Assembly (NCBI GenBank): GCA_051453625.1
Contig: JBOZIK010000001.1
Location: forward strand, 44,667,989 to 44,719,360
DNA length: 51,372 nt
Reading direction: 5' to 3'
From: Welwitschia mirabilis
Taxonomy: Eukaryota
Part shown: positions 14,116-27,770 of the stretch, in pieces
Position numbering within the stretch: position 1 is the stretch's first letter
How the letters are laid out: each line of letters opens with the position of its first letter
Translations under genes and position numbers: made by a program
Notes under the pieces: model-generated
The model's input: only the letters and a program-made list of their open reading frames with translations
What the model was told of the DNA's origin: nothing
Database searches by the model: none

Positions 14116-17100
14116 CTTGGTCTTCACTTGCTATACAAACTTGATTATAGCCACTATACCCATAAAGAAAATAATAGTAGGTATGTCCTTAGATTCTATC
14201 AAGCACTTGATTAAGAAATGGTAAAGGATAATGATCCTTTTTAGTGATCTCATTAAGTTTTTTAAAATCAATATACATTTTCCATTTCATATCTTTTTTT
14301 TGAAACTACTATTAAAGAGATTACTTACTCACTATTAGATATAGCATAGATGATCCCAACATCCATAAGTATAATAATTTAATGTTTAACTACTTGATTA
14401 AGGACTAAGTTAAGCCTTTGTTAGGATTACCTAACTAATTTAGTATTATCCTCAAGGTAGATTTTCTATTAAACTATAGAAAGAGGAATAACAGCTAAGT
14501 CTTTATGGGCTCAAGCAAAAGCATCTTCTTTAGAAGTCAAAAGTGAGATCAAGTTGGATTCTTATTAATAAGTAAGAAGTTCATTTATTATTAAAAAATT
14601 CTTTATATTATTAAATAGAAAAATGTATTTTAGATCTTTAGGTAACTCTTTCAATTCCAAGTTGGAATTTTCGAGTTTGAGTACTGAATTACCATTAATG
14701 ACCATCGTCTCAAGATATCATGGGAATGAAATCAAGGAATAACAAATTTTAAAAAGATTTTCCATTAAGTAAATATGTTGAATTCCCTCTCATCCTGATT
14801 CTAAAGATAGTGTATTTTAGTTAGGTCATCATATAAAGTTGGTTCACATAGCATTATCAGTCTCTTCTCAATTAGATAATGCTATAAAAATAAGGCTGGT
14901 TTAGTATCTTCTTTTAGATTATACTAATCTCTTATTTATTTTTTAACAATATTAAAAAATTTAACAGTGAAATGTTTATTGGCTATGTGACATTCCATCG
15001 TTCTAGTTTGTATGTCAATAATATATTGACAGTTGCATAAAAGGCTCTTCTTAAGAGTAATGAACAACCTTTATCATGTTATGCCTCAATGATAACTACA
15101 TCTATGGGATATAAAGCTCCTTCTATTTGGATAACTAAGTCTTTAATAATTACTAAGGATTTCTTAATTGAAGTATTAGCCATTTCCAAGATAATTCATA
15201 TAGGTTCCACTTTGTTTTCCAACCCGAGTCTTTTACATATGTGGAGAGGTATGATGTTTGCACTGGCTCTTATGTTAATAAAAGATTTTCAAATTATTTT
15301 ATTTCCTTTCAAGGTAATACTCACTATTGCTACCCAAGGGTCCTTAAATTTAGGACACTTTTTCATGATTAAGTTAAAAATAGATTGAGTAAGAAAGATC
15401 TTACTAGGAATGGTATGTTTTTATTTTATTTTTACTAGGTTTTTTCATAACTTAGAATATTTAGGATTTTCTTGCAAGAGTTTCCAAAAAGTTAAGTTGA
15501 TGTTTACCTCTTACATCAAAGCCTTCAAGTACCCATAATGGTAGGATTTATGTTTAACCTATCAAGCTAAGGAGTAGATGGTTTCTTCCCTTTGTTTTTC
15601 TGTAAAGAATTTTTAGTGGTGGGCCTAGCATTTAATGTTGAAAGAAAATTATATGTGTTAAAAACTTCTACATCATTTTCTTCCTTATGTTTTACATTAT
15701 TTTTAAAAGTTAAAACCTCATGGGTAGAGGTGTTGTATCATTTTCACTTAGTGTTACTATCTTCAAAGCTCTCTTAATTTCATTTAAGTTAAGTAGGGGT
15801 TGAGATGAAAGGGACTCTTATGATATTTAATTAGTTAACATTATTTGTTAAAGCCCATTAACTAAATTTTCAACATTATTATTGGTCTTGCCTTACATAT
15901 TTTTCAATTATTCTATTAAATCTCTAAGTGAATCATTTAGATTTGATTAAAAATTGGGGTTATTTGGTTGGAAGTTTGAATTCCTAAATCTATTCTCAAA
16001 AGTTTTCCAATGTGATTATCCACCTAATATTTGTTAAAATTGTGGGTGATTTTTAAAGCTAGGTATTCTTTAATTGAATGCACACACTTCCTNNNNNNNN
16101 NNNNNNNNNNNNNNNNNNNNNNNNNNNNNNNNNNNNNNNNNNNNNNNNNNNNNNNNNNNNNNNNNNNNNNNNNNNNNNNNNNNNNNNNNNNNCTTCCTCA
16201 AACATTATCTCTTTACAGGTTGGCAACAAAGGTCATTTTTTAGTTTGATAAGAGTTATCTTCACAAATATCATATGTTGAAGTTGTCTTTTTATTTTTTA
16301 ATATCTTTGCATTAACCATCATTTTAGTGTACTCTCTAAATTGGTAATGAAATCCTTAATCATGTTGATTGAATTATATTTCTCTTCTTTCTTATCATGT
16401 TTTACTTTCTTTAAATATTTTATGATTTGGCATATAGTTCAATTTTCCTTAGAAGTGGGTTTTAACCAAGTTTGACTTATCTCTACTAGACTTTCCAACA
16501 CATTCCATACATCATCTAAAATCAAGTTTATCAAGTTGCTATCATAATAAAAGTCTACAAGTTATTTAGTTTGACTAGTAAATCTACTATTTAAATAATC
16601 TATTAATTATTTTTTATGAAATTAATCAATAGGGTTGAAATGAATAGCTATGATGAAATGCTCATAAGTTTGACATAATTTTTGTGAGGTTGTTATTGGA
16701 AGTTGATAACTTCATTTCTTATTTTTCTCATGGTACTTTTAATAAAAAATCTTTTAATAAAAACTTTTTGCACTTGACTCTATAATTTAAGACTCTTGTT
16801 TGGAATGGTTTTAAGCTAAAGTTTAGCCTCTTCTCTAAGTATGACCAAAACGATAATCATGTAAGTATAATTATTAATGCATTTCTTTCCATTTCCTAAG
16901 GTAAGTACAAGTTGTTTAATGTTTCCTAGATGTTAAAAAAGATCCTCTTTAGGTTCCCTAAAAATGTTAGATAGGTACATAAGTTTCTTAATTCTACATC
17001 ATCACTAGTATGTAAATCAAAAGGATTTTGGATTTCATGTTTTTTATTAGTAATTAAATCTCTAATTGTAGCATTTATATTCAAAGTCAAAGTTCCTATC

Positions 17101-17393
17101 ATGATTAGTATAATAGATAAAGTGACTTAATTTTATTTTTGTAATGATTTTAACATACATGAAAAAGAAATGACATGATCTATTTTTATGCTATTATTTT
17201 TACAATTTTCTTTTAAAAAAATTAACTTTGAAATAATAAAAGTAAAAAAATATTCTTCTTTAATTCTTAGAATTTGCATACCTAGGGTGTGCATACCTAG
17301 ATTTTTCTCAATGTTAAATAATCCTTCTCTAATATTTTTCTTAATCAAGTTTTACTCTCTCTAATATTTTGTGTTTTTACCAGAATTTACCAT
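14116..17393 (-). pseudogene. Decayed gag, protease and partial RT of element C
   Basis: Minus-strand KCPKFKDPWVAIV..IDIRASANII-type protease region (15250-15365), RT KW.MYIDFKKLNEITKKDHYP (14220-14290), and gag N-terminal ORF 17133-17348. Confidence 0.85.
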
Positions 17394-17830
17394 GTCATTG
17401 CATACTTTAAATAGAAACAAAAACCAAAATAAAAAAAACTTATAGTCATCCACTTAGCTATGGAAATGATAGAAGGAAGAATGATCATAATAATAGAGAA
17501 TTACTAAAATTAGAAAAAAATTACCATAACTAGAAAAACAAGTTGTCATTCACATTGTTATTGGAACAACACAGAGATAGTATTTTATTACTACTATTGA
17601 AAGAAAGAAAATTTTTCAAAAAGGAAAATGAATTTGAAAATATGTAACTATTATTTTCAGTATTATGTGAATGAGTGAGGGGATAACAATGGTTTTTTTA
17701 AGCTATGAAAAAAAAAATTGACAAAATAAACCTACTAAAATAGAATACAATACTATTTTAATTAAATAACCTAAACTAAAATCCAATGCACTTATCTGGA
17801 TTATGATAATCCTCAAGCTCTTTATAGAAA

Positions 17831-17850
17831 TCCCTAGTAATGGCATCAAA
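17831..17850 (-). promoter_or_regulatory. Primer binding site, Athila-type (tRNA-Asp)
   Basis: tccctagtaatggcatcaaa equals the Athila PBS reverse complement tccccggcaacggcgccaaa with only C>T and G>A changes. It lies 4 bp from the LTR. Confidence 0.85.
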
Positions 17851-17854
17851 ATAT

Positions 17855-19693
17855 TACAATGTGAATTTGTCCAATCTTTAAGTCCTTAGGAAAAACCTAT
17901 AAATCACAATACTTATAAGAAAAACACACATTAGTATTGACAGAAGTTAATCTAAATGTTCTAATCTATTAAAGGAACTAGACTAGGAGTTAGAAAATTA
18001 ATTTTACAAAGTACTTTTAGTTTTTTCTTTATTAAAAAAATAAAGAATAATGCAAATGTAATGCAAGATGAATGATGATGAAATACAAATGAATGAATGA
18101 TTAATCTATTTAACTACTAATTTTTTAGCCATCAAGATTAGTCCTTATAAATTAAATCAATTAGAAATAGTTTATCACTTTTCCCTAACTAACATAAGCT
18201 ATAACATATGTCAAATAGAATATGAATAATGCAAATATAGAAATGGCATAAAATGAAATGTAATACAAGATCTAAACTAACAATGTCAACCTAAACAATG
18301 TTAAAAGATAAACTATGAAGTTGTTACTAAACCCTCCTCAACTTAAACCATAAGGAAGATTTACACTATATAAGTGAAATGATTTCTTGAATTAATTATT
18401 AATTTAACATTCACTTATAATAAAGTAGTAGCAGCTTAATGGAGGATACTTAGCCCAACACCAAGGAAATCTTACCTCTATAGCTAATGGATGGACCTCT
18501 TATCCTTCAATCTTTCATCATAAGAATATCTAGTACAAAAGATGAAAATGAAAGTGAAGGTAAAGGTTGATATTAATATNNNNNNNNNNNNNNNNNNNNN
18601 NNNNNNNNNNNNNNNNNNNNNNNNNNNNNNNNNNNNNNNNNNNNNNNNNNNNNNNNNNNNNNNNNNNNNNNNNNNNNNNNNNNNNNNNNNNNNNNNNNNN
18701 NNNNNNNNNNNNNNNNNNNNNNNNNNNNNNNNNNNNNNNNNNNNNNNNNNNNNNNNNNNNNNNNNNNNNNNNNNNNNNNNNNNNNNNNNNNNNNNNNNNN
18801 NNNNNNNNNNNNNNNNNNNNNNNNNNNNNNNNNNNNNNNNNNNNNNNNNNNNNNNNNNNNNNNNNNNNNNNNNNNNNNNNNNNNNNNNNNNNNNNNNNNN
18901 NNNNNNNNNNNNNNNNNNNNNNNNNNNNNNNNNNNNNNNNNNNNNNNNNNNNNNNNNNNNNNNNNNNNNNNNNNNNNNNNNNNNNNNNNNNNNNNNNNNN
19001 NNNNNNNNNNNNNNNNNNNNNNNNNNNNNNNNNNNNNNNNNNNNNNNNNNNNNNNNNNNNNNNNNNNNNNNNNNNNNNNNNNNNNNNNNNNNNNNNNNNN
19101 NNNNNNNNNNNNNNNNNNNNNNNNNNNNNNNNNNAGAATATCTAGTACAAAAGATGAAAATGAAAGTGAAGGAAAAAGGGGGTATTTATAGTTTTATAAT
19201 GAAGTTCTCCAAGTAAAACCCTAAAAGTTAGAAAAGAAACCCTAGCAACCTACATAGGCTTCAAGACCCCATTACAAAGATAATTATTTCCATTTATATA
19301 AAATAGTTATCATCTTGACTATCATGGAAATGACACTAAGGATAATACTTCATAAGAAGAAGTGATCCATTAGCTTTAAGCCTCATAGTCAACTCTATAG
19401 CTTCAGTCCTATCAGCAGTAGCATTATCCTAACTATTTTGGGAATGACAAAGGGGATGACAAGACTCTTTATCTTTTTATCTTAAGAGAAATTAGTCTTC
19501 TACAATGTTAATTTGTCCTTCAAGGCATGAAGTATTAGATTAATCTAAGATGCCTCTAAATACACCAAGAATTACATGTTTTAGTGATCATTAATTCTCC
19601 ATAATTATCAAAATTGCATTTAAACCTATATAAATGTATTGCAAAAGTACTCAAAATATCCCCATCAAAATCCTACAAATTAGCATTGCAATA
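17855..19693 (-). repeat. Athila-like LTR shared by element C (as 5' LTR) and element D (as 3' LTR); contains an N gap
   Basis: Repeat of 4642-5884. PBS on its left, PPT (tagcccccta) on its right, end sequence ...gcattgcaata. Confidence 0.85.
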
Positions 19694-19708
19694 TAGCCCC
19701 CTAGTTAG
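19694..19708 (-). promoter_or_regulatory. Polypurine tract of element D
   Basis: tagccccctagttag (reverse complement ctaactagggggcta) abuts the LTR. Confidence 0.7.
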
Positions 19709-21869
19709 CCTTTTATGTTCTTGAAAAAGTAAGCAATTAACCATCTTATAAGAAAATTTGACTAAGATAACTAGCAACTAGAAAAAATGTAAATTAAGTT
19801 CAAGAATTTTTACCATACAAAAACAAACATCAAAAACCAATTAATTGATACCTAATTAAGATGTATAATAGATATGTTTTCTTGCTTGTCGTGTGGATGA
19901 TAATGGGGATGACAACACTTTTAAAATTAGAATGAAAGTTAAATGTCTACAGCATGATTATCAAAGAACTACAAATACTAAAATCTTCACTATCCCCTTA
20001 CTTAAAATTTTTAACACATCACAATATAACAAACGAATGTCATACATAAGAAAATCATTATAACATGTAATAATGATAGGTTCATAAAATCATGATGTGT
20101 ATGCATAATTCAAGATAGTGGTACTAAAACTAATGTGTATAACCTAAGTAGTGATAATCCAAAATTATGTATACAAGTACAAAGAATAATTATAACATTA
20201 TTTCCTTTATCTATGATGTTATAGATGTTTTGAATCATAACTACAAGAAAACTTTGTGATTGTGCCACTGTGATCTTGCTAGATAATATTCATGGAAAAT
20301 TATTCAAGTAATATGAAATTATATCCAAGTAATCTCATCATAAGTATGTATCGTGACTTTTGTTAATATCATAAAAGTAGCTCAAAAATATGTTTTGTAC
20401 CCCCATAGGTGAATCAAGACATCCCAAATTGTAATAGAGCTAAAATATTATTATTGTCCTGCCTATGATGGAAATGATAGACGTGGGATAACACTTATCA
20501 AATAATATTATAAAAGATAAGAAAAGCCTAAAAAATTCCAAAAGTAAAGGAAATAATAATCAAGAATTAGAAAATTAGGGAGATGATAAAATCTAAAAAA
20601 TCATTCTCAAATTAATTATTATGAAAAAAAGAGACTTATGTGGAAAGGACACAAAGAGAAAAAGATAGAACCATAATAATGCACTAAGTAGAAAGAAGCA
20701 ATGCTTAGAAAGACTTCTTAAATGTGCTCAAACTTAGTAACCATGAAAAAGTAAGAAACTAAAAATCAAAAGATAAAGTAACAACATTACCTATCAAAAA
20801 GAAAAATAACCTTAAAGATAAAAACTATGAGTAATATTAATAAGAAATTATTAAATGATCAGATCCATAATATTATGTTGAAAAAGTACGAAAATGACTT
20901 TGAAGAATCTAACAAAATAGCTAAAGAATAACAAAAGAAAAAATGAACAACTAGGAACATAAACAAGATTGTTTCACCTACCCTAAATTCTAACCTAAAA
21001 AATTCTTTTAGTAAAAATCATAAAATCGCATGATGAAAAAATGCATGAAAATATGTAAAACCTCATAAAGTACCATTCAAATAAGTAATGATTATAATGA
21101 TATCAAGTATGTCTAATGTTGTCAAACAATAAATGATAAGATCAAAAGCTACTTAAACATGAACTTACTAGCTCACACATCAAAATAACACTAAAATCTA
21201 AAAAAGTTAAATGATCATATAAAAGTAATATATGTATTTAAAAAAAATTAGTCTAGAAAATAAGAAATATCTCTGACGGCACTAGGGACATCATTGATGC
21301 TATAGCCTCTATGTAAAAATTATTCTACCATGTTAAGGGAAGTATAATGATAATTAGAGAAGTAAAGACATGTAACAGCATGGCTAATTAAACCACTAGT
21401 GGAGTTTCCATAGCTATCATATCACATTACAAAAGAATCCTCTTGGGAAAATTACCCCAGTGCAATTGTGGTAGGACATCATGGTGACCATGATTTTAGC
21501 TCAGATACAAAATATTATGGTTATTATTTTTTAGAGGTAAAAAAATAAATTTCACATAATCAAGTACTTCTCAAGATAAGAGTGAAGTAATGAAATAAGA
21601 AATAAGTAAGAGAATGTACAAACAAGTAAATACTCACACCATTGAAAGATAATAAAACAAATAATGCATTTTTCTTCTAAATGAAGTTCATAGATATGTA
21701 AATGTCTTAAATTGGGTGAATTCAATCTTATCATTTTAAAATTCCTAAGAAAAATATTATTGATCATGGTAACTTCATAAAGGAATATATAATTCAAGTT
21801 AAAGATATCCAAGTGATGACATCATATCTATTCAAAGAATCAGTTAAGAAGGAATTTAGAAAATGGAAG

Positions 21870-24800
21870 GAGAAACACTTTCTCATTGAGAGGAGGTTTC
21901 AAGATAAGTGATTCTTTTATGTTTAAGATTCTATCAGTAGATGACTCATAAATTTTTAACCTTTATCCATTGATATTTTTAATTTTTGTAGTGTTTAAAT
22001 CATAGATTTTAATTAAACCATTGAAATTCACTTTTTCTATAAGATAAGAACCTAACCATTCAGAGGTTAACTTATTGTGTAAAAGGTGTACTTGAGTATT
22101 ATAAAAGGATGAGTTAATTACGTTTAAATTACTTATGGAAAATCTTTTTGTCATGTTAGAACTTAGCTTATACTTTTGAATGAGTTGACAATGTATAGCA
22201 CAGATATGTTTTTCATCTAAATGATCAAGTTTGACTAATCGAGTCTTAACATTTTCATTCAAGTTGACAAGGTTAAGTCGATTTATGGATCAATAAGAGT
22301 TATAGCAAACATTAACTAGCAAGACATAAACCTTCCTTTACACAAGCTCATAAGGTGAAAAACCTCAAGAATTTTACAAAGTAGTATAGTAAGCCCAAAG
22401 AAAATCATTACATTTAGAGGAAAGAGTCTTCTTATTGATAGAGACTAATTTTTTAAGCATATTTTTAATTTCTCTATTCTTATTTTCAGCTTGATTATTA
22501 CTTTCTAGATGATTAGAACATGCAATTCTATGTTTAATTTTGATGCATAAAAGAAGTTTCCAAAAAAATAATTAATTAAATAAGTTCTTTAATCACTAGT
22601 GATAATTATAAGAAAACCAAAACATTGAAAAGATATGAATTTAAAAAAAATTTCAAATAGTCTAGGCATCACTCTTGGTAGTAGGAAAAGCTTCAACCCA
22701 CTTTGTAACATAATTAATAGCCACTAGGATGTAATGTTTATTATTAGAAGGTGGTTTAATAATGATTATAAAGTTAATCCCCTAACTATCAGATGGTTCA
22801 CATTTAAGAATAGATTTAAGGGACATATCTTAAAAACAAACTAGGCTACCATAACATTGACAAGAATAACATGTTCTAGCAAAGTCAAAAGAGTTTTTAA
22901 AAAGGGTAGGTCAATCAAAACTAGAATGAATAATTTTCATTGTAGTATTTTGGCCATTAAGATATTTCCCATGTACTTCACCATGGTAAAGGTTAAGGAT
23001 CTCTAGGCTTTCCTATTCAAGTACATATTTAAGCATGAATTGATCTTTGTATCTTTAGTAAAGATGGGGTTAATTCCACTCATAGCCACCAATCATGTAG
23101 AAAATATATTTTTGTTATTTATGATTCTAATGTTGAGGTGTTTTTATGGTAATAAGATAGTTCACAATATTAGCATATCAAGAAACACAATGAGTAGAAA
23201 ATATGACATATGGTTGCTCAATAGTGAATAGTTATTCATCTAAAAAGAGTCATTTATGGGGAGTTCATCATAAGAATAAGAGAGTTGAGATAAGTGATCT
23301 ACAATGTTATTATGTCTTCCAGCATAGAATGCTCCTAGTAAGTTTAACACTAGAATCATTCTTAGTCATAAGATATAGTATTACTACATGATCTTTGTAA
23401 ATATTAGTATGAAAGCCAAGAAGATAGTGTCTTAACATGATCAAGGAAAAATATGATGACAAGCATTTCCCTTTCAATAGTAGTATAGTTAGATTGGGCT
23501 TTGGGCAAAGTTTTACTAAGATAGGATATAATTTTAAGATTATTTTTACATTTTTGACTAAGAACCCCACCCACAATAAATGTTGTTTATATCATACATG
23601 AGTTTAAAATATTTAGTTTAATCAGAACCCATGATAATAGATTCAAAAGAAATTTTATTCTTAAGTCTATCAAAAGTAAGTTGACATGAATTGTTCTAAT
23701 CAAATTTAGCTTCTTTTTGAGTAATGAGTAACAAGGTTTATAAACTTTAGTATAATTATGAATAAAATAATGATAAAAACTAGCATGATCAAGGAATGAT
23801 ATAATTTGGTTAACATTAGTTATAGGGTTAAGGTCTTTAATGATACCAACATTTGTAAGATCCATATTAATTCCTTCATTAGAAATGTAATGTTCTAAAA
23901 TAATTTCATTATTAATAAGGAGAAAAATCTTTTCCTAGATCAAGTGTAGAACACCCTCTATACATTGATTCAAGATGTATTTTAAACTTTTCATGATTTA
24001 TTTTAAAGCTTCACCAAATATGGAGAAGTCATTAATAAATATTTTGACAGAATCCTCTATCATGTCAAACATGATTCCCATCATTGCTCATTGAAAAGTT
24101 TTAAGATCATTTCAAAGTCCAAAAGACATTCTTATAAAGACAAAAGTTCCAAAGGGAGAGGTAAAAGTTGTTTTTCCTTGGTATCTACTTGTAATGTAAA
24201 ATTTACTATAGCTTCTATAGCCATCAAGGAAATAATAGTAGGCATGTTTTTATATTCTAACAAGTGCTTAATGAAAAAAGAGTAAATGAAAATGATCCTT
24301 CTTAGTAACCTCATTAAGTTTTCTAAGATCAATGCACATTCTCCATTTCCCATCTTTCTTTGAAACTATAGTTAAAGGGCTAATCCACTTACTATTGGAT
24401 ATAGCATAGATGATTTCAGCATCCATAAGTTTAATAATTTAATATTTAACTACTTGATTAAGGATTGGGTTAAGTCTTTATTATGGTTGCCCAACTGATT
24501 TAGCATTATCCTCGAGGTAGATTTTATGTTGGACTATGAAAAGAGGGATGGTAGCTAAGTCTTTATATGTCCAAGCAAAAGCATCTTCTTTAGAAGTCAA
24601 AAGTGAGATCATGTTGGAATTTTGTTAAGGAGTAAAATATCACTTATTATATAAAAATGTATTTCATACCTTTAAGAAACTCTTTCAATTCTAAGTTGGA
24701 ATTTTTGAGTTTGCATACTGAATTTCCATCAATTACTGTCATCTCAAGATGTCATGCGGATGACATTAGGGAATGGCATCCTTTAAAAATATTTTTCATG

Positions 24801-27221
24801 GAGTAAACATGTGGGATTTCCTTTGAGTTAAAAAATTCCTCATCCTCATACTCAAGATAGTGTATTTCAGTCAGGTTATCATATAAAGTTAGCTCATGTA
24901 GCAATATTAATCTCTCATCAACTAGGTAATCCTATAAAAATAATGTTAGTTTAATTTCTTCTTTTAGGTAATACTCATCTTTTATTTCTTTTTTAGTAGC
25001 ATTAAAAACTTTAATGATGAACTTTTTATTTCCTATATGACATTCCATCATTCCAATTTGTGTATCAATAANNNNGTGGATAGTTGCACAAAAGGCTCTT
25101 CCTAAGAGTAGTGAATAATATCCATCATGTTCTACCTCAATGATATCTATACCTATGGAATAGAAATCTTATTTGATTTGAATAAATAAGTACTTGATAA
25201 TCCCTAAGGGTTTCTTAATTAAAGTATCAGCCAATTTTAAGATAATTTATGTAGGTTACACTTTGTTTTCCAACACAAGTCTTTTACATATGTGAAGAGG
25301 TATGATATTAACACTAGCTCTTATGTCAATAAAAGATTTTAGAATTCTTTTTTCCCTCTTAATGTAACACTTACTATTTCTATTCTAGGGTCCTGAATTT
25401 AGAACACTTTTTTATAACTAAGTTAGAAATACATTAAGGAAAACCTTACTAGGAACGATACATTTTTGTTTTCTTTTAACTAGGTCTTTTCAAAATTTGG
25501 AATATTTAAAATTTTCTTACAAGAGTTTGTAAAAAGAAAGGTTGATGTTTACCTCTTACATAAAGATATTCAAGTGCTCATCATAGGTAGTATTCATGTT
25601 TAATCTATCAAGACAAGAAGTATATGGTTTCTTTTATTTATTTCCTTGTGAAGAATTTTTAATGGTGGACTTAGCATTTACTATTGAAGAAACATTGTAT
25701 GTTCAAAATTTCTACATCATCTTCTTTCTTACTTTCTTTATTGGTTTTAGAAGTTTAATCCTTATGGGTAGAAGGTGTTGTATCATTTCCACTTATTGTT
25801 ATTATATTCAAATCTCTCTTGAATTGATTTGGATTGGGTAAGGGTTGAAATGCAAGGGACTCTTATGTTCTTTGATTAGCTAGCATTTCTTTTTAAATTA
25901 CATTCACTAAGTTTTCAATATTATTTTTAGTATTTTCTTGTATTTTTTTAATTCTTCTATTCAATCTCTAAGTAGATCATTTTGATTTGGTTAAATATTG
26001 GGATTATTTAATTGGAAGTCTGAATTTTTTAATATATTCTCAAAAGGTGTCCAATGTGATTTTCCACTTGAAATTATGGTTGGCTTTTAAAGTTAGATGT
26101 TCTTTGATTAAATGTAGACATTTCCTCTAACATTCTCTCTTTATTAGTTGGCAAGAAAGGGTATTCTTTACTTTGATAAGAGTTGTCTTTACAAATATCA
26201 CATGTTGAAGTTGTGTTTTTGTTTTTTACTCTCTTTGAATCAACTATAATTTGAGTTTACTTCTTTAAAGTGATAGTGAAATCCTTAATCATGTTTGTTA
26301 AATTAACTTTCTCATATTACTTATCATTTTTTACTTCTTTAAATCTTTTATGATTTGGCCTACTATTTGATTTGGGTTTTGCACAAGTTTGACTTATCTC
26401 TACTAGAGTTTTTAACACATTTCATGCATCATCTAAAATCAAGTTTATCAAGATGCCATCATAAGAAAAGTATATAAGTGATTTAATTTGACTAGTTAAT
26501 CCACTATAGAAATAATCTATTAATTCTTTTTTATGGAATTCATCAATAGGGTTGGAATGGATAGCTATGATGAAATGCTCATAAGTTATGGCATAATCCT
26601 CATGCAGTTGTTGTGGGAAGTTGATAATTTTCTTCCTTGTTTTTCTTATGATACTTTTACTCAAAAATATTTTAATAAAAAATTCTTATACTTGACTTCA
26701 TAATTTAGGACTCTTGTATAAAATGGTTTTAAGCCAAAGTTTAGCCTTTTCTCTAAGTATGACCAGAAAGATAATTATATAATTACAATCACTAATGAGC
26801 TTCTTTCCATTTCTTAAGGTAAGTACAATTTGTTCAATGTTAGCTTAGATGTTGAAAAGTGTCCTCTTTAGGTTCTCCCGAAAATGTTGGATATGCACTT
26901 AAGTTTCCTAATTCTATATCATCACTACTAAGTAAATCAAAAGGATTTTGGCAACTTGTTTTTGTTTTGTAATGATTTCAACATAGATGAAAACGAAATA
27001 ACATGATCTGATTCTATGATATTATTTTCATAGTTTTATTTTGAAAACTTTGACTTTAAAATAATAAAAGTACAAAAATATTCTCCTTTAATTCTTAAAA
27101 TTTGTATACCTAGGATGTTCATACCTGAATTTTTCTCAAAGTTAAATAATTCTTCTCTGATATTTTCCTTAATAAACTTTCACTCTGTTTGATATTTCAT
27201 CTTTTTACCAGAATTCATCAT
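21870..27221 (-). pseudogene. Decayed gag-pol of element D
   Basis: ORF fragments: 21963-22262 (INT C-terminus HLLHNKLTSEWLGSYLI), 23587-23865 (RT/RNase H ISFLDHASFYHYFIHNY), 26422-26664 (gag ELIDYFYSGL). Confidence 0.9.
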
Positions 27222-27330
27222 GCCCATACATATTTCAAATAGGAAACAAAAATTAATATAAAAACCAACTAATAGTAATTTACCTATTTATGAGGATGAC
27301 AAGAGGGATGGTGATCATAAAATTGGAGAA

Positions 27331-27770
27331 TGTTACAAGTCATGCAAATAGTAAAGAGAGTGATAAAGAAAGTGATTCATTCTCTAATATTAATGCTAAT
27401 GACATCACAAAAGTGAAGGAAACTAATAATGTTGAAGATGATCTAATGGAAGCATACCAAGAACTCTTTGAAAAAAGCAAAATGATCTTAAAAGAAAATT
27501 TTCTTCTTACAAAAACTATTGAGAATCTAAATAATAAGAATAAATGTACCTTGAGTCAGCTTAATTTAGCAAATAAGGAGGTAGCACATAAGGATTCATA
27601 CTTTGAAAAAAGATATTAACCACCTTTAAAGAATTCACAAAAAAGAGGAAGAGGGATATAAGTGCTTATTAAATAAAATTAGAAAATTACATAATCTTAT
27701 TTTAAACTTTTCTATAAGAAAAATCATTTTCTAAAACAAAGATCACTTTTAGATAAAAGTGGTCTTAGAT
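27331..27770 (+). pseudogene. Sirevirus gag C-terminal coiled-coil fragment
   Basis: ORF 27290-27619 (its first ~14 codons come from the Athila UTR) resembles the 41037-41231 segment of the other Sirevirus. A QRxxxDKSGLG-type motif lies downstream. Confidence 0.65.

Larger units (their letters stand above)
14116..17854 (-). mobile_element. Athila-like element C, 5' half (RT N-terminus, protease, gag, 5' UTR, PBS)
   Basis: Colinear with 10469-14015 and with 24175-27330. It ends in a PBS next to the LTR at 17855. Confidence 0.85.
17855..27330 (-). mobile_element. Athila-like gypsy element D, truncated in the 5' UTR at ~27330
   Basis: Colinear with element B over about 9 kb. Homology to copy C stops at ...aattggagaa (27330). 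Confidence 0.88.

Noticed and set aside
15089..15388. Plus-strand ORFs opposite pol (also 9288-9500, 10584-10850, 23040-23231, 41357-41620)
   Set aside because: These are antisense shadows of decayed gag-pol with no recognisable motifs and are not conserved as open frames between copies.
16087..16198. Possible insertion in gag of element C at a 100-N gap
   Set aside because: cttcct is repeated on both sides and copy B is contiguous there, so the gap has essentially zero length.
18523..19172. 38-bp direct repeat flanking the N gap, resembling an insertion with a long TSD
   Set aside because: The homologous LTR (around 5320-5370) has a single copy and is contiguous, so this is most simply overlapping contig ends.
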